From NCBI GenBank assembly GCA_963776285.1, contig CAVZLW010000006.1, positions 38,188 to 102,187 of the forward strand: 64,000 nucleotides of DNA, read 5' to 3'. Of the stretch, positions 27,117-36,428 are shown piece after piece (within the stretch, counting starts at the first letter, position 1; the number at the start of each line of letters is the position of its first letter). A program made the position numbers and the translations under genes. The notes under the pieces were generated by a model that worked only from the letters and a program-made list of their open reading frames with translations, was not told the origin of the DNA and ran no database searches. The DNA comes from an uncultured Chloroflexia bacterium (GTDB lineage: Bacteria; Chloroflexota; Limnocylindria; Limnocylindrales; CSP1-4).

Positions 27117-28304
27117 CTACGCCGCGTAGTACGCGGTGTGCGGAAGGGTCACGACCTCCCGCGTCTGGCACGGCGCCTCGACGCCGACCTTGCGACAGAT
27201 GACGTCGGCCGTCGTCTCGGCCATCGCGCGGAGGGTCGTCCCCTTGCCGCCGGAGATGGTCACGAAGCCCTCGACGCCGTCCGTCTCGCGGTGGTCGAAG
27301 CACTTGAAGGTCCGGCTGAGCTCGCGGCCGCTCTCGGCGTCCTTGGAGCCGATCAGCGGGCGGGCGGCCGACCAGGCGGCCCGTCGCTCCGCGTGGCGGA
27401 TCGCGGGGATCATGGTCGACCCCTCGACGTACATCCGCTCGACGTGGTCCTCGGGCACTCCCAGGTCGTCCGGATCGTCCACGACCCAGGAGCTGGTGCC
27501 GACAACGGAGAGGCCCCGCTGGGGCACCACGATGTCGCCGTCACCGGAGGGGTGCAGGCGGTTCACGACCATGTTGCACCAGCGGCCGCGGACGGCCAGC
27601 AGGACGCCGGGCGAGGGCCGGATGGGCACGTCGCAGCCGGCCATCACGGCGAGCTGCTCCGCCCATGGCCCGGTGGCATTCACGACGAGGTCGGCGCGGA
27701 TCTCCTCCTCGACGCCGTTCACGAGGTCGCGGACCCGGATCCCGGAGACGAGGTGGTCGGCCACCAGCATCTCGGTCACGGTGGTCCAGGGACGGACGAC
27801 CGCGCCTCCCGCCTTCGCGCTGGCGAAGAAGCGGAGGGGCATCCGCATCGCGTCCATCGTCGCGTCGGGGACCTGGACGGCCATCCTGACCTGGGGGTTC
27901 AGGTTCGGCTCCAGGCGCAGGGCCTCCTCGCGCGAGACCCGGCGCGCCGGGATGCCGCTGGCGAGGCAGGACTCGAAGAACAGGGGCTCGTAGGCCACGT
28001 CCTCGTCGGTGATGGCGACGAAGAGCCCGTCGTTCGCCTCGAAGGCGCCCGGGCAGACGCGGCCCAGGATCTGGCGCTCCTCGATGCACTCGACGGCGGA
28101 CTCGCGATCCTTGACCGCGTAGCGAGCTCCGGAGTGGAGCAGGCCGTGGTGGCGGCCGGTCGTCCCGGAGGTGATCTCGCCACGCTCCACGAGCGTCACG
28201 CGGAAGCCCCGGAGGACGAGGTCGTGGGCGAGCGCGCCGCCGGTGCCGCCGCCCCCCACGATCGCGACGTGGAAGGGCTGTCGGGGTAGTCGGGTGATGG
28301 TCAT
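27117..28304 (-). CDS. glpA: FAD-dependent glycerol-3-phosphate dehydrogenase, GlpA-type flavoprotein lacking the C-terminal BFD-like Fe-S domain
   Basis: The ATG at 28304 gives MTITRLPRQPFHVAIVGGGGTGGALAHDLVLRGFRVTLVERGEITSGTTGRHHGLLHSGARYAV, near-identical in pattern to the E. coli GlpA N-terminus. Similarity continues to ...FVTISGGKGTTLRAMAE...CRKVG. The 395-aa product corresponds to about the first 400 of E. coli GlpA's 542 residues. Confidence 0.85.
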   Translation of the reverse strand: MTITRLPRQPFHVAIVGGGGTGGALAHDLVLRGFRVTLVERGEITSGTTGRHHGLLHSGARYAVKDRESAVECIEERQILGRVCPGAFEANDGLFVAITDEDVAYEPLFFESCLASGIPARRVSREEALRLEPNLNPQVRMAVQVPDATMDAMRMPLRFFASAKAGGAVVRPWTTVTEMLVADHLVSGIRVRDLVNGVEEEIRADLVVNATGPWAEQLAVMAGCDVPIRPSPGVLLAVRGRWCNMVVNRLHPSGDGDIVVPQRGLSVVGTSSWVVDDPDDLGVPEDHVERMYVEGSTMIPAIRHAERRAAWSAARPLIGSKDAESGRELSRTFKCFDHRETDGVEGFVTISGGKGTTLRAMAETTADVICRKVGVEAPCQTREVVTLPHTAYYAA

Positions 28305-28373
28305 GTGCTGCGCTCCGCGCCCTGACAGGGAGATGCCCGGGCCCCGCGTGCGGGGCCCGGGCACCGGGAGGGT

Positions 28374-29873
28374 CTAGTCGACCCAGCCGAACGTGCGGGT
28401 GACGGCCTTCTTCCACTGCGCGTACTCGGCGTCGACCTTCGCGGGATCCATGGTCGGATGCCACTCGTGGTCCTTCGCCCAGTTCGCGCGGAGGTCCTCG
28501 ACCTCGGCCCAGTAGCCGACCGCCAGGCCGGCCGCGTAGGCCGCCCCGAGGGCCGTCGTCTCGGCGACCTTCGGCCGGATGACCGGGACCTTCAGGACGT
28601 CGGACTGGAACTGCATCAGCAGGTTGTTGTAGACCATGCCGCCGTCGACCTTGAGGGCCGTCAGCGGAACGCCGGAGTCGGCGTTCATCGCGTCCAGGAC
28701 CTCGCGGGTCTGCCAGGCGGTCGCCTCGAGCACGGCTCGGGCGATGTGGCCCTTGTTGACGTACCGGGTCAGGCCGGCGATGACGCCGCGGGCGTCGTTC
28801 TTCCAGTACGGCGCGAAGAGGCCGCTGAACGCCGGCACGAAGTAGACGCCGCCGTTGTCCTCGACCGTGGCCGCCAGGGCCTCGATGTCGGGCGACGCCG
28901 CGATCAGGCCGATGTTGTCGCGGACCCACTGCACGAGGGCGCCGGTGATGGCGATCGACCCCTCGAGGGCGTACACGGCCGGCTGGTTGCCGATCTTGTA
29001 GCCGAGCGTCGTGAGGAGGCCGCTCTTGCTCGGGACGGCCTTCGTGCCCGTGTTGAGGAGCATGAAGCAGCCCGTGCCGTAGGTGTTCTTCGCCTCGCCG
29101 GGCGAGAAGCACGTCTGGCCGAAGAGGGCAGCCTGCTGGTCGCCCAGGTCGCCGGCGACGGGGACGCCGAGGAGGTCGCCGACGGCCCGGCCGTAGACCT
29201 CGGACGAGGCCTTGACGGCGGGCAGCATCGCGTGCGGGACGCCGAGCAGCGCGGTGATCTCGGGATCCCAGGCCAGCGTGGTGTAGTTGAACATCAGGGT
29301 CCGGCTGGCGTTGGAGACGTCCGTCACGTGGACGCCGCCGGTGGTGCCGCCCGTCAGGTTCCAGATGCACCAGGTGTCGATGTTGCCGAAGAGGAGGTCG
29401 CCGGCCTCGGCCGCGGCGCGCGCGCCGTCGACGTTGTCGAGGATCCACTTGACCTTCGGGCCCGAGAAGTAGGTCGCCAGCGGCAGGCCGGTCTTGGGGC
29501 GGAGGCGATCCGGGCCGCCGTCCTTCTCGAGGTAGTCGCAGATGTCCTTGGTGCGCGTGTCCTGCCAGACGATGGCGTTGTAGACGGGCTTGCCGGTCTT
29601 CTTGTTCCAGACGACCGTCGTCTCGCGCTGGTTGGTGACGCCGACGGCGGCGAGGTCCTCGGCCTTGAGGTGAGCCTTGGCGAGGGCGCCCTTGATGACG
29701 TCCTGGCTGCGCGCCCAGATCTCCATCGGGTCGTGCTCGACCCAGCCGGGCTTCGGATAGATCTGCTCGTGCTCCATCTGATCGATCCCCACGACCTCAC
29801 CGGCGTGGTTGAAGATCATGAAGCGGGTGCTCGTGGTCCCCTGGTCGAGGGCCCCCACGAAGTTCTTCGCCAT
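28374..29873 (-). CDS. glpK: glycerol kinase
   Basis: 499 aa. [27 protein letters not shown] and KVDGGM follow the FGGY-family GlpK organisation. Confidence 0.97.
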   Translation of the reverse strand: MAKNFVGALDQGTTSTRFMIFNHAGEVVGIDQMEHEQIYPKPGWVEHDPMEIWARSQDVIKGALAKAHLKAEDLAAVGVTNQRETTVVWNKKTGKPVYNAIVWQDTRTKDICDYLEKDGGPDRLRPKTGLPLATYFSGPKVKWILDNVDGARAAAEAGDLLFGNIDTWCIWNLTGGTTGGVHVTDVSNASRTLMFNYTTLAWDPEITALLGVPHAMLPAVKASSEVYGRAVGDLLGVPVAGDLGDQQAALFGQTCFSPGEAKNTYGTGCFMLLNTGTKAVPSKSGLLTTLGYKIGNQPAVYALEGSIAITGALVQWVRDNIGLIAASPDIEALAATVEDNGGVYFVPAFSGLFAPYWKNDARGVIAGLTRYVNKGHIARAVLEATAWQTREVLDAMNADSGVPLTALKVDGGMVYNNLLMQFQSDVLKVPVIRPKVAETTALGAAYAAGLAVGYWAEVEDLRANWAKDHEWHPTMDPAKVDAEYAQWKKAVTRTFGWVD

Positions 29874-29911
29874 GTGTGTCTCCCGATATCGGTTGACCCT
29901 GACTTGCCGGA

Positions 29912-30544
29912 CTAGTGCCCGGCCCAGACCTCTGCGGCGGACCGCAGGAGGAGATGCGAGGACGTCGCGCCGGGATCCTGGTGCCCGGCCGACCGCTCGC
30001 CGAGGTAGCTCGCCCGGCCCTTGCGGGCGACGAGCGGCACCGTGGCGAGCATGCCCTGCTGTGCCCCGTCGGCCATCCGGGCCAGGGCGTCGCCGACGGT
30101 GGCGCCGTCGGCGATCGCGGCCCGGAGAGCGTCGCGGGCGGGGATGAGGGCATCGACCATCGTCTTGTCCCCGGGCTCGGCCTTCCCGATCCGGAGGACC
30201 CCGCCGAGACCGGCTTCGTAAGCCGTGGCGAATTCCTCCAGCGTGAGGGCTTCCTTCCCGGCGATGGCGCCTCCCATCTGCATGAAGAACATCCCGTAGA
30301 GCGGGCCGCTGGCGCCCCCGACCGTCGAGACGAGCGTGGTGCCGACGGTCTTGAGGGTGGCCCCGATGTCGGGGCCCGTCAGGCCGTCCAGCTTGCCGGC
30401 CACGGCGGTGAAGCCGCGGTCCATGTTGATCCCGTGATCGGCATCGCCGATCGCCGAGTCCAGGTCCGTGAGATACGCCTTGTTCTCCGTCACGACGGCG
30501 GCGAACCGGCGGATCCAGGCGAGGATGTCGTCGTGCGAGATCAT
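29912..30544 (-). CDS. dhaL: dihydroxyacetone kinase ADP-binding subunit
   Basis: It has [19 protein letters not shown] (Mg/ADP site), GGASGPLYG and [10 protein letters not shown]. It lies immediately downstream of dhaK. Confidence 0.9.
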   Translation of the reverse strand: MISHDDILAWIRRFAAVVTENKAYLTDLDSAIGDADHGINMDRGFTAVAGKLDGLTGPDIGATLKTVGTTLVSTVGGASGPLYGMFFMQMGGAIAGKEALTLEEFATAYEAGLGGVLRIGKAEPGDKTMVDALIPARDALRAAIADGATVGDALARMADGAQQGMLATVPLVARKGRASYLGERSAGHQDPGATSSHLLLRSAAEVWAGH

Positions 30545-30592
30545 CGGCGGCTCCGTTCCCGCGTTACGGGCAGTAACGATGTGACGAACGGC

Positions 30593-31591
30593 TCACAGGC
30601 CCCAGCGGAGGCCCGGCGTGAGGACCGGTGCGTCCCAGTACTTCGTGAGCTCGTCATCGAGGCGGAGGAGGGTGATCGAGCAGCCCGCCATCTCCAGCGA
30701 GGTGATGTAGTCCCCGACCAGGTTCCGGGCGATCGTGATGCCGCGGCCGTCGAGGATCTTCTTGAGCTCGTTGAAGACGACGTACAGCTCGATGAGCGGC
30801 GTGCCGCCCATCCCGTTGACGAAGGCGAGGACCTTGTCGCCCCTCTGGAACGGAAGGTCGTCAAGGATCGGCGTGGCGAGCATCGCCGTGATCTCGGCGG
30901 CGGAGGCGATCTTCATCCGCGTCCGTCCCGGCTCGCCGTGGATCCCGACGCCGATCTCCATCTCGTCGTCGCCGAGCTCGAACGTCGGCTTGCCGGCCTG
31001 CGGGACGGTGCAGCTCGTGAGGGCCATGCCCATGGAGCGCACGTTGTCCTGGACCTTCTGGCAGAGCGCCGTGACGGTCGCCAGATCGGCGCCCGCCTCG
31101 GCGGCCGCGCCGACGATCTTCTCGGCGAGGACGGTCCCCCCGACGCCGCGGCGGCCCGCGGTGTAGAGCGAGTCCTTGACCGCGACGTCGTCCGCGATGA
31201 CGACGCTGGTGACCTCGATCCCCTCGGCCCGGGCCATCTCGGCCGCGAGCTCGAAGTTCATGATGTCGCCGGTGTAGTTCTTGACGATGTGCAGGACGCC
31301 GGCGCCGGCGTCGACCGCCTTGGTCGCGGCGAGCATCTGGTCCGGCACGGGCGAGGTGAAGACTGCGCCGGGGCAGGCTGCATCGAGCATGCCCATCCCG
31401 ACGAAGCCGCCGTGCATCGGCTCGTGGCCGGAGCCACCGCCCGAGATCACGCCGACCTTGCCGGCCCTGGGGGCGCCGGCGCGCACGACCACGTTGGGCT
31501 CGATGACCCGCACGAGGTCGCCGTGCGCCGCCACGACGCCCGCGAGAGCGTCGTCGACGACGGTTTCGGGAGCATTGATGAGCTTCTTCAT
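30593..31591 (-). CDS. dhaK: dihydroxyacetone kinase Dha-binding subunit
   Basis: 332 aa containing [25 protein letters not shown] (active-site His) and …NYTGDIMNF…. An SD GAGGA precedes the ATG. Confidence 0.93.
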   Translation of the reverse strand: MKKLINAPETVVDDALAGVVAAHGDLVRVIEPNVVVRAGAPRAGKVGVISGGGSGHEPMHGGFVGMGMLDAACPGAVFTSPVPDQMLAATKAVDAGAGVLHIVKNYTGDIMNFELAAEMARAEGIEVTSVVIADDVAVKDSLYTAGRRGVGGTVLAEKIVGAAAEAGADLATVTALCQKVQDNVRSMGMALTSCTVPQAGKPTFELGDDEMEIGVGIHGEPGRTRMKIASAAEITAMLATPILDDLPFQRGDKVLAFVNGMGGTPLIELYVVFNELKKILDGRGITIARNLVGDYITSLEMAGCSITLLRLDDELTKYWDAPVLTPGLRWGL

Positions 31592-31710
31592 CCGTTCCTC
31601 CTGTGGCGCATTGGGCCCGGGTGCTCGGGAACGTGCTGTGGACGGGTGCGCGCCGGCGGCGAGGCCGTCGTGCCGCCGGCGCGCGAGGGGTGCGTGCTAG
31701 AACGCCCCCG

Positions 31711-32484
31711 TCACTTGGCCGCGTTCACGACCAAGCTGACGAAGACACTCTGGTAGATGATCGCCGCGAGGACGCCGCCGACGAGCGGGCCCACGACCGG
31801 GATCCACGAGTAGCCCCAGTCGGAGTTGCCCTTGCCGGGGATCGGCAGGATCGCGTGCATGATGCGCGGCCCAAGGTCGCGGGCCGGGTTGATGGCGTAT
31901 CCGGTCGTCCCGCCGAGGGACAGGCCGATCACGAGGACGAGGAAGGCAACGGGCAGGGCGCCGAGGGACGCGAGACCGCCCGAGGTGGGCCCGACGTTGT
32001 TCCCGAAGGCGAAGATCACGAAGACCAGCACGAATGTGCCGATCACTTCGGAGATGAAGTTGAAGACGGTGTTGCGGATCGCCGGCCCGGTCGAGAAGAC
32101 CGCCAGCTTGAGGCCCGGGTCCTCAGTCTCGACCCAGTGCGGGTAGTAGTGGATGAAGACCAGGAAGGCACCCAGCATCGCGCCGATCATCTCGCCGATG
32201 ATGTACGTGCCGAAGGTCGGAAGGTCCATCGGGTTGGGCCCGCCCAGGATCAGGTCCCGGGTGTAGATGCCGATGGTGACCGCCGGGTTCAGGTGGGCGC
32301 CGCTGAACGGGCCCGCCACCACGACGCCGCAAAAGACCGCAAAGGCCCACGCCATGGTGATGACAATCCAGCCGCTGGCATTCGCCTTCGACTTGGCGAG
32401 CAGGACGCCAGCGACCACGCCGTCGCCGAGAAGGATCAGGATCATCGTCCCGAAGATCTCGGCAAACAGGATTTCGCTATTCAT
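31711..32484 (-). CDS. glpF: aquaglyceroporin (glycerol uptake facilitator)
   Basis: 257 aa with six TM segments and two NPA boxes (GAHLNPAVT, GYAINPARD). An SD GAGGGAGAG precedes the ATG. Confidence 0.93.
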   Translation of the reverse strand: MNSEILFAEIFGTMILILLGDGVVAGVLLAKSKANASGWIVITMAWAFAVFCGVVVAGPFSGAHLNPAVTIGIYTRDLILGGPNPMDLPTFGTYIIGEMIGAMLGAFLVFIHYYPHWVETEDPGLKLAVFSTGPAIRNTVFNFISEVIGTFVLVFVIFAFGNNVGPTSGGLASLGALPVAFLVLVIGLSLGGTTGYAINPARDLGPRIMHAILPIPGKGNSDWGYSWIPVVGPLVGGVLAAIIYQSVFVSLVVNAAK

Positions 32485-32809
32485 GCTCTCTCCCTCTGGG
32501 TTGAAGGAAACGCGCCATTCGCGCGGAGGGCGACGCCACGTCGCCGATCGAACCGAGGATCCGGCGAGCGAGCACCCGGTACGGGCTCACCGGCAGGGCA
32601 CAGCACGATCTGCTCGGGTCCGTCCCTCCCGTGGTGTCGCGGCCTCGGCCTCTGGCCGCGCGACCGTCTGGGCGCGGTCGGCGCACGGTGCCCGCCGGCA
32701 CCGTTGCGGCAAGGTTACGACCGGGCACGACCGGGAATCGTCAAGACATTGTCCAGATTCGTGAGGTCCCGCTGGGACGCGGCTCCGTCGGCCGGCCGCG
32801 GGCCGCCTG

Positions 32810-33466
32810 TCAGCCCCCGGCGGCGGCGTCGGCGAGGGCCCGCAGCAGGAGGGCGCTCGACGCGGCCCCGGGATCCATGTGGCCGATCGAGCGCTCCCCG
32901 AGGTAGCTGGCCCGGCCCTTGGTGGCGAGGAGCGGGATCGTCGCCCGGGCGCCGGCCTCGGCCGCCCCGGCCGCACGCGCCGCCGCGTCGGCGAGCGGCG
33001 CTCCCGCGCCGACCGCCACCTCGAAGGCCGCGCGTGCCGGCAGCAGGGCGTCGAGCATCGTCTTCTCCCCCCGGGCGGCCCGGCCCAGGGCCGCGATGGC
33101 GTCGACCGCGGCGGCGAAGGCGACGACCGCCTGGGCCTCCCGGCCCGGGGCCGGCCGCCGGCCGTCGCTCGCGGCGGGCAGGTCGAGCGAGGTCCCGGCG
33201 CGCTGGAAGCCCCGTCCGTAGAGCGCCCCGCTCGCGCCGCCGACCGTGCCGATGAGGGTCCGACCGGCGGCCTCCAGGACGAGGGGCGGTGGATCGCCGG
33301 GACACTCACCAGTGTCGAGCCGACGGATCAGCTCCCGGAACCCGCGATCGAGGTTGATCCCGTGGTCGCCGTCGCCGATCGCCGCGTCGAGGTCCGTGAG
33401 GTGCTCGCGCTGGTCGGCGACGCGGGCCGCGGCGAGGCGCAGCCATCGAACCAGGAGATCCTCCAT
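32810..33466 (-). CDS. DhaL-family (Dak2 domain) protein, paralog 2
   Basis: It has DLDAAIGDGDHGINLDRGF, GGASGALYG and [10 protein letters not shown]. Its start overlaps the stop of the second dhaM-like gene by 1 nt. Confidence 0.85.
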   Translation of the reverse strand: MEDLLVRWLRLAAARVADQREHLTDLDAAIGDGDHGINLDRGFRELIRRLDTGECPGDPPPLVLEAAGRTLIGTVGGASGALYGRGFQRAGTSLDLPAASDGRRPAPGREAQAVVAFAAAVDAIAALGRAARGEKTMLDALLPARAAFEVAVGAGAPLADAAARAAGAAEAGARATIPLLATKGRASYLGERSIGHMDPGAASSALLLRALADAAAGG

Positions 33467-33894
33467 CAGGACCCCGTGCCGGCCAGCCAGTCGGGCGGCA
33501 GCTTCGGCGCCCGGCCCTCGGCGTCCGCGGCCACCCGGACCTGCTCGCGGGTCGAGCCCCCGGCCGCCTCGACGGCCGCCCGGATGGCCCCCTCGACGAG
33601 GGGGCCCTGGCTCACGGCGACGAGCCCTCGCTCGAGCGCCGGGAGCTCCTCGAGCGCCATCTCCAGGGCCATCGCGGCACTCCCCAGGTCGAACAGCACG
33701 ACGACGCCGTCATCCGGTGACGCGGCCAGCCCCGCGTGCAGCGCGTCGAGGATCCCCGGGCTGCTCGTGCCCAGGTTCCCGACGAGGGTCCCCCCGGCGA
33801 TCGCGACGGGGACGGCGGGGGCCGCCTGGGCCACCATCGCCCTGAGCGCGCGCAGCAGGTCCGGGCTGTGGCCGACGAGCACCAGCGAGACCAT
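33466..33894 (-). CDS. DhaM-like EIIA(Man) domain protein, paralog 2
   Basis: In ORF 33466..34608 the upstream part is antisense junk of the + strand dhaL3. The ATG at 33894 gives MVSLVLVGHSPDLLRALRAMV…GVVVLFDLGSAAMALEMALEELP…GPLVEG, with the same architecture as dhaM. Confidence 0.8.
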   Translation of the reverse strand: MVSLVLVGHSPDLLRALRAMVAQAAPAVPVAIAGGTLVGNLGTSSPGILDALHAGLAASPDDGVVVLFDLGSAAMALEMALEELPALERGLVAVSQGPLVEGAIRAAVEAAGGSTREQVRVAADAEGRAPKLPPDWLAGTGS

Positions 33895-33972
33895 CGGATC
33901 GACTCCGCGCCCTGCATTTCGGGGGCGCCGGCGCCACGCGACCCCGCCCGCCGCCGTAGACTCAGGCGGCTG

Positions 33973-34686
33973 ATGAAGAGGATAGGGACCCTGGCGCCTC
34001 CCGCGCGCGTCGACGCCGTGCGTGTCCCGCACGCCGGGCTGTCCGCGTCCGACGTCCTCGGGTTCGTCGAGCGCGCGGCGACGACGCTCACCCGGCACGA
34101 GGCACTCCTCGATCGCCTGGACGCGGCGCTGGGTGACGGCGACCACGGGACGAACATGCGGATCGGCTTCGTCGCGGCGATCCCCGTGGCGCGTGCCGGG
34201 CTCGCGGAACGACCCGACGACGTCGGCGAGCTGCTCCGCATCCTCGGCCACAGCCTCGTCGGCAGCGTGGGCGGCGCGAGCGGTCCCCTCTACGGCACGG
34301 CCTTCATCGAGGCTGGCTTCGCGCTCGCGGGGCGGCCCTCCGCCGACGCCAGCGACCTGGCCGCCGCGCTGGAGGCCGGGCAGGCGGGGCTCGTCCGTCG
34401 CGGCCGCTGCGCCATCGGCGACAAGACGATCCTGGACGCGCTCGACCCCGCGGTGCGCGCCCTCCGGGCGGGTGCGGCGGCCGGCCACCCGATCGACGCG
34501 TGCGCCGCCGGCGCCGCGGTCGCCGCCGCGGCCGGCATGCGGTCGACGATCCCCCTGGTGGCACGTCGAGGGCTGGCCCTGCGGCTCGGCGAGCGGTCGC
34601 GGGGTCATCGCGACCCCGGCGCAACCTCCTGCTTCCTCCTCCTCGAGGCGATGGCCCGGGCCGTTCGCCGGGAGCCGGCGGCATGA
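33973..34686 (+). CDS. DhaL-family (Dak2 domain) protein, paralog 3, translationally coupled to sensor kinase
   Basis: The ATG at 33973 gives MKRIGTLAPP…, with [29 protein letters not shown] and …RLGERSRGHRDPGA. Its stop TGA overlaps the kinase ATG (ATGA at 34683-34686). Confidence 0.8.
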   Translation: MKRIGTLAPPARVDAVRVPHAGLSASDVLGFVERAATTLTRHEALLDRLDAALGDGDHGTNMRIGFVAAIPVARAGLAERPDDVGELLRILGHSLVGSVGGASGPLYGTAFIEAGFALAGRPSADASDLAAALEAGQAGLVRRGRCAIGDKTILDALDPAVRALRAGAAAGHPIDACAAGAAVAAAAGMRSTIPLVARRGLALRLGERSRGHRDPGATSCFLLLEAMARAVRREPAA

Positions 34687-36428
34687 CCAGGGCGACGCGG
34701 GACCAGGCGCGAAAGGCGCCTGCCGCGACGTCGACCGGCCGCCCGGCGGAGCTGGAGGTCAGGATCCGCGAGCTCGAGGCAGAACGACGGCGCGTCTTCG
34801 AGGATGCCCAGCGCGAGGCCGACGCGATGTTCGCGCAGTATCAGCTGAGCCAGCTGCTGGCGGCGGGCGGGAGCGTGGACGAGATCGCGGCCGCCGTCCT
34901 TGCCGAGGTGGCGCGAGCGTGCGGGGCGGCGGGGGCGGCGCTGTGGCTCGCCGGCCCGGGGAGCCGGGCCCTCGGGCTGGTGGCGATGTTCCCCGGCGAC
35001 GCGGACGATCCGGTCGGTCCCGGCTGGGTGGTGGTGCCCCGGGGCTTCACCGACGCCTGGGCCGCCGCGTCGTGGGCCGCGCTGGGCGGATGGAGCGGCG
35101 TCACGCTCCCCGAGGGCCGCTCGATGGGCGGCGGCGCGCCGCCGAGCGGCGGGACAGGCGCGGTCGGGTACCTCGCCGTCCGGGCGGACGGCCGCGTGCC
35201 CCTGGAGCCCGACAGCGAGCGCTACCTGGCGAGCGTCCGCCGGGAGCTGGCCATCACGCTGCGGGCCGCCCAGCTGCGCGCCTCGCTGGCCCGCGAGCAG
35301 GCGACCCTGGCGGCGATCCTGGAAGGTGCCACCGATGCGATCGTCGCCGTCGACTGGAGCCGGCGCGTCGTCCGCCTCAATGCCGCCGCGGCGGCGCTGG
35401 TCGGCACGTCGGCCCGGACCGGGACCGGGATGCGCTGCGCGGAGTTCCTGGGCTGCGTCCGTCCGATCGCCGAGGGCAGGCTGCTCGGCGACGGGATCGT
35501 CGCCGAGCAGCCCCCGGACCTCCTGTGCGGTCAGCGCTGCCCCTTCGCGGAGGTCCTCGAAGGCGGCCTGCCGATCGTCGGCCGGGAGCTCGCGGTGCGC
35601 CGGCGCGATGGCGGCGAGATCCCGGTCGCGGCGAGCGTGTCGCGGATGCCGGTGCCCGACGGCGGCGCCGTGGCCATCCTCCGCGACCTGCGCGCCGGGC
35701 GCGTGCTGGACGACGCGAAGACCAGCTTCGTGGCGGCGGTGTCACACGAGCTGCGCACGCCGCTGGCCCTGATCGACGGCTATTCGCAGAGCCTCCTGCA
35801 CCTGGACCTGGACCGCCCGACCGCGCGGCGCCACGTCGAGCGCATCGCCGACGCCGCGCGCCGCCTCGCGACCCTCGTCGACGACATCATCGACGTGAGC
35901 CAGCTCGAGAGCGACATGCTCGTCCTGCGCCGCACGCCGGTCGCCATCGACGGCCTCCTGCGCACGTACGTGGCCGAGCGAGCCGACGGGCTCGACGCAC
36001 GCCTGATCGCCCTCGCGCTGCCGCGCCTGCTGCCGCCCGTGGACGTCGACGCCACGCGGATCCGGCAGGTCATCGCCAACCTCGTCCAGAACGCCGAGAA
36101 GCACGCCGGGCCCCGCGCGCCGATCGAGATCCGGGCGCGCCACACCGACGACGCCACCGTCGTGGTCACCGTGGTCGACGGCGGTCGCGGCATCGCTCCC
36201 GAGGATCGCGACCATGTCTTCGAGCGCTTCTACCGGGGAAGGCGCGTGCGGGAGTCGCAGGTGCCGGGAAGCGGCCTCGGGCTGTACCTGTGCCGCCGCA
36301 TCGTCGAGGCCCACGGCGGCTGGATTCGCCTCGATGCGACCACCCGGGGGACCTCCATCTCGGTCGGACTCCCGGTGGCGCCCCTGTCCGGCGGCGGAAG
36401 CGGGCCGCGCCGCGAGGCCCCCGCATGA
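34683..36428 (+). CDS. cytoplasmic sensor histidine kinase (coiled-coil/GAF-like, PAS, HisKA, HATPase_c)
   Basis: MTRATRDQ… has no TM segments. It has an N-terminal coiled coil (ELEVRIRELEAERRRVF), a PAS-like segment (AILEGATDAIVAVDWSRRVVRLN), an H-box (FVAAVSHELRTPL), an N-box (QVIANLVQNAEKH) and G-boxes (DGGRGI…GSGLGL). Confidence 0.85.
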   Translation: MTRATRDQARKAPAATSTGRPAELEVRIRELEAERRRVFEDAQREADAMFAQYQLSQLLAAGGSVDEIAAAVLAEVARACGAAGAALWLAGPGSRALGLVAMFPGDADDPVGPGWVVVPRGFTDAWAAASWAALGGWSGVTLPEGRSMGGGAPPSGGTGAVGYLAVRADGRVPLEPDSERYLASVRRELAITLRAAQLRASLAREQATLAAILEGATDAIVAVDWSRRVVRLNAAAAALVGTSARTGTGMRCAEFLGCVRPIAEGRLLGDGIVAEQPPDLLCGQRCPFAEVLEGGLPIVGRELAVRRRDGGEIPVAASVSRMPVPDGGAVAILRDLRAGRVLDDAKTSFVAAVSHELRTPLALIDGYSQSLLHLDLDRPTARRHVERIADAARRLATLVDDIIDVSQLESDMLVLRRTPVAIDGLLRTYVAERADGLDARLIALALPRLLPPVDVDATRIRQVIANLVQNAEKHAGPRAPIEIRARHTDDATVVVTVVDGGRGIAPEDRDHVFERFYRGRRVRESQVPGSGLGLYLCRRIVEAHGGWIRLDATTRGTSISVGLPVAPLSGGGSGPRREAPA

